Notes under the pieces: model-generated
The model's database searches: none
Seen by the model: the letters and a program-made list of their open reading frames with translations, nothing else
Told to the model about the DNA's origin: nothing
Translations under genes and position numbers: made by a program
DNA from: Octopus bimaculoides
Lineage: Eukaryota
Length of the DNA stretch: 34,099 nucleotides
NCBI RefSeq assembly: GCF_001194135.2
Contig: NC_068982.1
Coordinates: 187,693,617-187,727,715 of the forward strand
Direction: 5' to 3'
Shown here: positions 22,363-31,300 of the stretch, one piece after another
Position numbering within the stretch: position 1 is the first letter of the stretch
Layout of the letters: each line of letters opens with the position of its first letter

Positions 22363-25300
22363 AAGTTTGTGTGTCTGTTTGTCCCATTTCCTCCATCCCT
22401 TGACAACCGATGCTGGTGTGTTTACATCTCCGTAACTTAGCGGGTCGGCAAAAGAGACCGCTAGAATAAGCACTAGGCATACAAAGAATAAGTCTTGGGG
22501 TTGATTTACTCAACTAAAGGTGGTGCTCCACCATGGCCACAGTCAAATGACTGAAACAAGTAAAAGAGTAAAGAGTCCTGTATCACTGCCATTCTTGCGT
22601 TTCATTCAAGGAAATAATACCTGTTCTTCCCTTCACAGGAAAATCTCAAGACACAAGAGGAAACTTTAGTCTACTTTCAGTATCGTTCATCTTTTACTTG
22701 TTTCAGTCAGTTGACACTGGCGAAGCTGGGGCACTGCCTTGAAGAAATTTTATGGTTTTAAAGCTCAATACTTATTTTATTGGTTCCATTTGCTGAACCA
22801 CTAGGTTAGTGGGACACAAACACCAGTTGTCAGGTGGTGATGAGGGAAAAGACAGACACAAAGACATGCACACTTTTTTTTTATGTGAACTACCAGATTA
22901 CTTGAATCCAGATGTGACTATATATACATATAAAATGGGCTTCTTTCAGTTTCCATGTACCAAATCCATGCACTATCCAAACGTGACCGATGCCAGGCCT
23001 GCCTGACTGGCTCCTGTGCCAGTGGCACATGAAAAGCACCCACTACACTCTTGGAGTGGTTGGCATTAGGAAGGGCATCCAGCTGTAGAAACCTTGTCAG
23101 ATCAGATTGGAGTCTGGTGCAGTCTTCTTGCTCTCCAGATCTCAGCCAAACCGGCCAACCCATGCCAGCATGGAAAACGGACGTTAAACTATAAGACTTT
23201 ATGCCAGGTGCTAAAATGCTAAAGTATGATAAAAGGACGAACACAAGTACCATGCTATAGGGGTGGGAGAGGGGATACACGGCTACCCTATATTATATAA
23301 GGGTGGGAGTAACTGGAAAGAGGGTGGTGACGAGATTGCAGAACATACTCCAAAGAGAGTGAAAAAAATAATGGATTATTATAAATTCTAGCTCAATATT
23401 GGAATTGCTTAAAGAGCAGTTGACAACATTGGCTAATGCAAGTGTTGTCCACGTCTACAGAGATGATATCATTTAACACGGCACCCCCTGTGCCGGCGCC
23501 ACCTACAGACCAACCCCCGTGCCGGCGCCACCTACAGACCAACCCCCGTGCCGGCGCCACCTACAGACCAACCCCCGTGCCGGCGCCACCTACAGACCAA
23601 CNNNNNNNNNNNNNNNNNNNNNNNNNNNNNNNNNNNNNNNNNNNNNNNNNNNNNNNNNNNNNNNNNNNNNNNNNNNNNNNNNNNNNNNNNNNNNNNNNNN
23701 NNNNNNNNNNNNNNNNNNNNNNNNNNNNNNNNNNNNNNNNNNNNNNNNNNNNNNNNNNNNNNNNNNNNNNNNNNNNNNNNNNNNNNNNNNNNNNNNNNNN
23801 NNNNNNNNNNNNNNNNNNNNNNNNNNNNNNNNNNNNNNNNNNNNNNNNNNNNNNNNNNNNNNNNNNNNNNNNNNNNNNNNNNNNNNNNNNNNNNNNNNNN
23901 NNNNNNNNNNNNNNNNNNNNNNNNNNNNNNNNNNNNNNNNNNNNNNNNNNNNNNNNNNNNNNNNNNNNNNNNNNNNNNNNNNNNNNNNNNNNNNNNNNNN
24001 NNNNNNNNNNNNNNNNNNNNNNNNNNNNNNNNNNNNNNNNNNNNNNNNNNNNNNNNNNNNNNNNNNNNNNNNNNNNNNNNNNNNNNNNNNNNNNNNNNNN
24101 NNNNNNNNNNNNNNNNNNNNNNNNNNNNNNNNNNNNNNNNNNNNNNNNNNNNNNNNNNNNNNNNNNNNNNNNNNNNNNNNNNNNNNNNNNNNNNNNNNNN
24201 NNNNNNNNNNNNNNNNNNNNNNNNNNNNNNNNNNNNNNNNNNNNNNNNNNNNNNNNNNNNNNNNNNNNNNNNNNNNNNNNNNNNNNNNNNNNNNNNNNNN
24301 NNNNNNNNNNNNNNNNNNNNNNNNNNNNNNNNNNNNNNNNNNNNNNNNNNNNNNNNNNNNNNNNNNNNNNNNNNNNNNNNNNNNNNNNNNNNNNNNNNNN
24401 NNNNNNNNNNNNNNNNNNNNNNNNNNNNNNNNNNNNNNNNNNNNNNNNNNGACATTTATATGACGGGATTTTTTCAGTTTCCGTCAGTCAAATGCACTTA
24501 CAAGACTTTGGTCAGCCCAAGGCTGACATAAGTAGAAGACATTTGCTCAAGGAGCCCCGAAGTGGGACTGAACCCGGAACCATGTGGTTAGGAAACAAAC
24601 ATCTATCTACACAACCACGTCTGCACCTATATTGAAGGAGGTTTTTTTTTTTTTTATCGAACGAATCAATTCCAGTACGGAACCTGAAACCATTCGGCTG
24701 CAAAGCCAGCTTCTTAACGGCACAGCCGTGCACCGTACCTCATGCCACAAAAATATAAACCACAATGTCAATAAAAAGGTGAAACAAAAGAAATTACTAA
24801 CCTGTTACTGGGTGGACAATAAAAAGTGGTTTTTCACCATTTTCTAGGGAGTTTAATGGCACCAAAGTGTCGTTATATTGTCCCTGTTTCATTAATTCTT
24901 TAATACGAGGTGAAAAATCAGGTTTTGGTGGACTCATAACCAACAGTTCCTCATCGGCAAAAGATGTGATCTTCAAAGGGGATGGTACATTTCTATTGAG
25001 TTTTGGGGTTTTCCTCCATTGAGACAGATTCCTACAGACATTTTCAAAGGGAGGATCTTCATTATGCAATGACGGACTTTCAGGAAGAGTGACAATTATG
25101 GATGGCGTCATAGGAGACTGCTGTAGTCGTGTCTTGTCACTACAAGAAACGGTGACAGGTGATTGAAAAATTTTCTGAAAGATAAATAATATTGTTTCAA
25201 TTTTGGACACGAGACCAACAATGTTAGGGGAGGGGCAAAAATCATATTGACCTCAGTATTCAACTGGTACTGTTTTTAATCAACCCCCAAAAGGATGAAA

Positions 25301-28300
25301 GGAAAAGTCGAACTCGGAACATAGACGGGCAAAATTTCGTTAAGCATTCTGCTAGCTCGCTGCCTTACGAAAGCTAAGTGATATCAATTCAGAACAACAG
25401 AAATGAAGAATAGAGATCTTAGAATTATGGTAAACGTACCCGATACGAACTCAGTGTTTGCTTTATATTTTCCAAAAAATCCCAGCTCTTGTCAGCAAAT
25501 TTACTGACAAATTCTGAATTGTCTTCGAAAGATTCAAAGAAGTTTTGTATCTTAGTCAGTCTGACGGGGGTTTCAAATTCACCAGTATGCAACTGAGTGA
25601 ACAAAAGACTCTGCTGCAGTGAATAGCCATCACAGAACTAAAAAAGAAAAAAAGAAGACAGCTGTTATGACAAGTGAGTAAATAGTATTGCAACAAAGAT
25701 TTCCTAGGACGGTACTATGAACAGAGTTAGAGCATTAGTGACAACGGGAGGGAAGGACAAGTGGGCTGGCAACAACAGGAAGGTGAGAGGGTTCTAGCGG
25801 CAAATGGAAGCAGTGCTGGCGGCACACTGGAGGGGCGCAGGCAGCACACTGGAGGGGGCGCAGGTGGCACACTGGAGGGGGCGCAGGTGGCACACTGGAG
25901 GGAGCACAGGCGGCAAACTGGAGGGGGCACAGGCGGCAAACTGGAGGGGGCACAGGCGGCACACTAGAGGGGTGGAGCCAGTGCAGGTGCTTTTTACGTG
26001 ATGCCAGCACCAGTGAGGTTACCAACTAGNNNNNNNNNNNNNNNNNNNNNNNNNNNNNNNNNNNNNNNNNNNNNNNNNNNNNNNNNNNNNNNNNNNNNNN
26101 NNNNNNNNNNNNNNNNNNNNNNNNNNNNNNNNNNNNNNNNNNNNNNNNNNNNNNNNNNNNNNNNNNNNNNNNNNNNNNNNNNNNNNNNNNNNNNNNNNNN
26201 NNNNNNNNNNNNNNNNNNNNNNNNNNNNNNNNNNNNNNNNNNNNNNNNNNNNNNNNNNNNNNNNNNNNNNNNNNNNNNNNNNNNNNNNNNNNNNNNNNNN
26301 NNNNNNNNNNNNNNNNNNNNNNNNNNNNNNNNNNNNNNNNNNNNNNNNNNNNNNNNNNNNNNNNNNNNNNNNNNNNNNNNNNNNNNNNNNNNNNNNNNNN
26401 NNNNNNNNNNNNNNNNNNNNNNTTTTAAAACGAAACCAAATATTAAGATCGTCGTCGTTCAACGTTCGTTTTCGATGCTGGCATGGAAAATAATATTTAT
26501 TTTGTATATTCTTTTACTTGTTCCAGTCATTTGGCCGCGGCCATGCTGGAGCACCGCCTTTAGTCGAACAAATCGATCCCAGGACATTCTTTGTTAGCCT
26601 AGTACTTATTCTACAGGTGCCTTTTGCCGAACCGCTAAGTTACGGGGATGTAAACACACCAACATCGGTTGTCAAGCGATGGTGAAGTGGGGGACAAACA
26701 CAGACATTATATATATAAACGATGGGCTTCTTTCAGTTTCCGTCTATTAAATCCATTCACAAGGCTTCTGTCGACCCGAAGCTATAGTAATAGTAGAAGA
26801 CACTTGCCTAAGGTGACACGCAGTGGGACTGAACTTGAAATCTTATCACAACCACTGCTGCGCCTTTTTTTTTTGTTTTTAATTAGAAAGTCTTTGATCA
26901 GATTCTCCAAATGACACCATGAACAGTTCAAGATAACATTTCTGATCATATAAACCACTTCGAATGCTATTTTAGAAAGTTTAAAGCGACTTTTTTTTTG
27001 TGTGCCGTAAACCATTTACCATTTCTATGGCTTCCCTCTCCCTGAATGCTCTAAGCACGAGCTTATTTTACTTCGTTGTTGGAGCTGTTTGAACCAGTGC
27101 ACACTGCGTTTGCCGTCAGAATGTTCGTTCATCTGCAAATTGCAGAGTCTTTTTTGCTTCTTTGTTTGTCACACTCTGTACGAGACCAGTAATGCATTCT
27201 GAACTGTTGATAGAAATCTCATAACAAATTGGTCCGTACAAAGTCGGCACTTGTAACGGTGATGATAATGAGGAGGAGGAGGAGGACTACTACACATCTG
27301 TTACATTTAGTTCTTTTACACCGGAACTTAAAATCACGTTTCTTTCAGCCTTTGCATTAATAATACATAAATGCCTTCAGCGGTTACCAAACATTTACTC
27401 GTCCTCTAGCACAGAAGAATATTAATGATTTTTAAAAAAAACTGACGCTTCTGTTCAAGGCTTCCACTATACTTTACAGAAACTAGGTGATCGCCTACGG
27501 GGTTAAAACCGGAGACGGTGGAGGGCTGTATAGATTTTAAACAGCTTTAAATTTCTTAATCTAACTCAGAATACTGAATTTCATTAAGAGAGCAAAAAGC
27601 AGGGATGTCACTGCCCACATCCCTGAACAGAGGAGGATAGAAGATGGGGTAAGGGTAGGGTGGAAAAGACGAGAGGATCACGTGGTTTTATGACATGTCA
27701 CATGATTTTGTGTGAAACATTAGAGATTTCATCAGATAACATTTATGCAGTGACATGTCGTTTTGTTAAAACTATAGACTTCTTGTGTGAAAGTTAATTT
27801 TACAAAACCAATTTCTCAGCTGATGCAAAGGTGATGATGCTGGGAGGAAGGGTTAGAGAAATATTAAAGAAGACGCATGAAGCAGGGCTGAGAGAAGTGG
27901 GGAGCATTTTGTTTGGCCGGGAGAAGAGAGGACACACTGCATAACGGGAGAAAGTGGGAAACATTGTAAAGGGGAGGGAAAAAGGAAGGGGCCATCATTG
28001 GACTGGGAAAACAGGTGGGGTGGGGGGAGAGCACATCGCAGAACTGGATGGGAGAACAGGGGAGCAGACGGTTGGCAGACGGAGTGGGGAGCACACTGTG
28101 CGATGGGAGACAAGGGGAGGACATCTTTTTATCGCTCACTTGTTTCAGTCATTGGATTGCAGCCATACTGGGGCACCACTTCAAAGGGGTTTAGTAGAAC
28201 AGATCAATCCCAGAGCGTATTGTTTTAAAAGCGGGATTCTTATTCTATTGGTCCTTTTGATGAACCGCTAAGTTAATGGGATGTAAACGAACACCAGTTG

Positions 28301-31300
28301 TCAAGTGGTAGGAGAAACAGAAATATGAAGACACACGCAGACAACGGACTTTTTCTGAGTTATCAGCCAAATTCACACACAAAGCATTGGTTGACCAAAG
28401 GCTATCGTAGGGGCTGCAAAGTAAGACAGAGTCCAAAACCGCGCAGTTGCAAAGCGAACATCTAAACCATACTCACGGCCACTAATATAGCCGGAGTGTG
28501 TGCCGCCGGAGGCAGCCCTTCCACTTGCCACCCCCCACAAAAAATTTTGCCTACAGCAGACCCAAAAGTGCTGCCTGGGGCGAACCGCCCCTACCAGCTA
28601 CGCCAGTACTCACGACTGACAAGAATTTAAAAATGTCAAAAATACCTGAAAAGACTTGGCGTTTAGAATTCTGTTTACCAATTCTGAATGTAAAGCGGAA
28701 TCATTTTGTTTCAAGAACTCAAAGACAGCACCGAAAGGTTCTGTGACATGAAGGGTGAGGTTTCTTAGAAACGCACTCATACCAATATATTCAGATGGAT
28801 CTGGAATTCCTAAGAGGACAAGTTTTCCATTGTCTGCGAGAGTGATGAAGGCATTATTGATATCTGAAGGGAGAAAGAGCAAATTATATATATATATATA
28901 TATGTGTGCGTGTGTTTTCAATAACAACTATGTTAAGATAAATATCGGTTATGTTGACAATACCAATGTTGTTGTCAAGAATAAACACACAAGAATCTGT
29001 AGCTATTCATAGTAATTACATGAAAAATAAAACTTACGTCGACATCAGAGCTTACGCTTCTGCACCGACGCACAGATACGCACACAGCCGCTGCGCCGAC
29101 GCCAATCGTAATAAACTGAGCCACGGTTTAAGTTCACCATTCAAAAAGAAAAAAAGTATAGTAATCCCTCGCCGTATTGCGGTTTATTGTTCAAGCTTAT
29201 GTCGTTTCCTCTGTGGTGTTGTTTTGCGTTTATAATAAACTAACACTGTTTTTACATCACGGATTTTCACCTATCGCAAGGATTTTTGGAGCGTAACATC
29301 CGCGATAGCCGAGGGATTACTGTACAAGTTTCCACAACCTTTATTTATCAAATGGATGTGTTATAAAACTATTCTGCACATACAATAACAGCCATACCGA
29401 CACTCCAACACATCTCCATCATCGGCTGCCCCACGGATATCACTATGGTTTCGATACTCGGACAGTACCATTCAATACCTTAGCTATCACCACATTCATT
29501 GAATCTTAATTCTAGGAAGAATTAAAGACTAACGTTAATTAAACTACAACAAAGAAACACATTTACCCTGTGGACAAAAATAGCATCGGTAAATTAATAA
29601 TTCTATAAGTAGATCTATAACTCCTAAATTATCTAACTAAATAGCAACCTCTCCACCTATAAAGCTGTGGCGGTCACGAAGCCACGACACAGGACACCCA
29701 CCCGGTAGTATGATTGAATTCGAAACCACGAAACGGCAAAGCGAACTTCTTCAAAGAAGAGCCATGTTTGTCTCCCATTTTATTATTATAATATCGATTA
29801 GGAAGAAACTTACCAGTTCCAGATGTAATGGCAGCATCGCAACCCAAGCCTTTCGTCAAAGACAATATTTTATTATTCAAGTACAAGCCCCAGACAGATG
29901 AAACACCAGGGAACATCTCTTCCAAATCACTGCTGTGTTCCAGGCTCCAAGACGATACGTAAATGTGTTTGCAGAAAGCGGATGCCATTTCAATAAGAAA
30001 CAGACACAGCACGTCTAGAACGAAATTAAGACAAATAAGCTATAGAAAGTCTGTTTAGAAGAGTTTTAAGATTACTCTGTATCTGTAAAAAGAGGTGGTA
30101 TTGAGAATGATCAATGATCCATGAAGTCATCTGAAGAGGATTACTGAGTGCTCTTCGGAGTAATGGAGTGGTTTGATGTAAACTGATGAGGTTGAGGGGA
30201 GGCTCAAAGGGATATAATCGTTAGCAAAAAATGAATGGGAAGATTAATGACCCGCCACCCCTACAGGTACCTGGTGATTAGAAACGAGATCACGAGGCTG
30301 CAATCAATAAGGAAATATATAATAGAGTCATGAGGCGACACAAATGAAATGAACAATGATTCTAACATCCTTGATAAATTTCTAGTCTCACAAAAACCGC
30401 GTAAAGCCTTTGATTGCTTTAAACCCCATACAAATCTGGTCCCCTCAACTTTCAGCTTTTTGTTTTGATTGACAAAATATCTGCCTTCTTAGACCAGTGG
30501 TTCTCAACCGGGGTTCATATAAGATTCTGGAGGGTCCACGCAAGCAAAATAGTAAATTGGGAATCTACAGACGTATTTCAAGGGTCGATGAAAAAAAAAA
30601 TTGCTTTCGATGTATTAGTTGCAAGAAACATAAGCTTCTTTCTCTAACGCTTAACAGAGTTCAACATGTTATTTCTTTATCGCCCCCAAGGGGCTAAACA
30701 TAGAAGGGACAAACAAGGACAGACAAAGGGATTAAGACGATTACATCGACCCCAATGCGTAACTGCTACTTATTTAATCGACTCCGAAAGGATGAAAGGC
30801 AAAGTCGAGCTCGGCGGAATTTGAACTCAGAACGTAACGGCAGACGAAATACCGCTAAGCATTTCGCCCGGCGTACAAACGCCTCTGCCAGCTCGCCGCC
30901 TTGAGTTCAATATGTTTCTGACCCCTGAAACATTCTCCCAGAGAATTCTATTGAAAAACTACACAAGTGAATGGGTGACAAACAAAATAGGAATTTTGAA
31001 AGAAGGATATATAAAACTGTCTTTTTCAGCATTGAATGGTTACGGGGTCTACCGGAACAAATAGTAATCCAAGGGGTCTAGAAGTGAAAATATAACTGAG
31101 AACAGCTGTTTTAGACTGCATAAATACCAGTAATTAGTTTGTACTGACTGAAAGGTGGATGAATCAACAGAGTCTGTCCTGGCTGCAACTGAAGGACTCT
31201 GTGAAGCAGATGATACGAAATAAGGTACGGGAGGACCTTCGTCAAGTCACTTTGTTCGATTTGTCGATCGGCTTCAATAAATCGAGTGTAAAAACGTTCA

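Noticed and set aside
23436-24635. Long ORFs crossing N runs (also at 1177-1900, 4692-5884, 21669-22513, 25998-26597, 31490-32395)
   Set aside because: Length comes from unresolved bases. Only the 3' end of ORF 21427-22473 is real (exon 21431-21536).
26030-26422. Gap as the hiding place of KR/ACP exons
   Set aside because: It lies upstream of the exon that completes the ER, so it is on the wrong side, and nominally it is too small for ~350 aa.
27020-27203. 184-nt exon-like segment (phase 2-0) that would link donor 28614 to exon 25637
   Set aside because: Two in-frame stops (TGA, TAA), and FASN spacing is already satisfied without it. A 31-nt version (27020-27050) is open but has a weak acceptor. 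It could be a decayed exon but this is unsupported.
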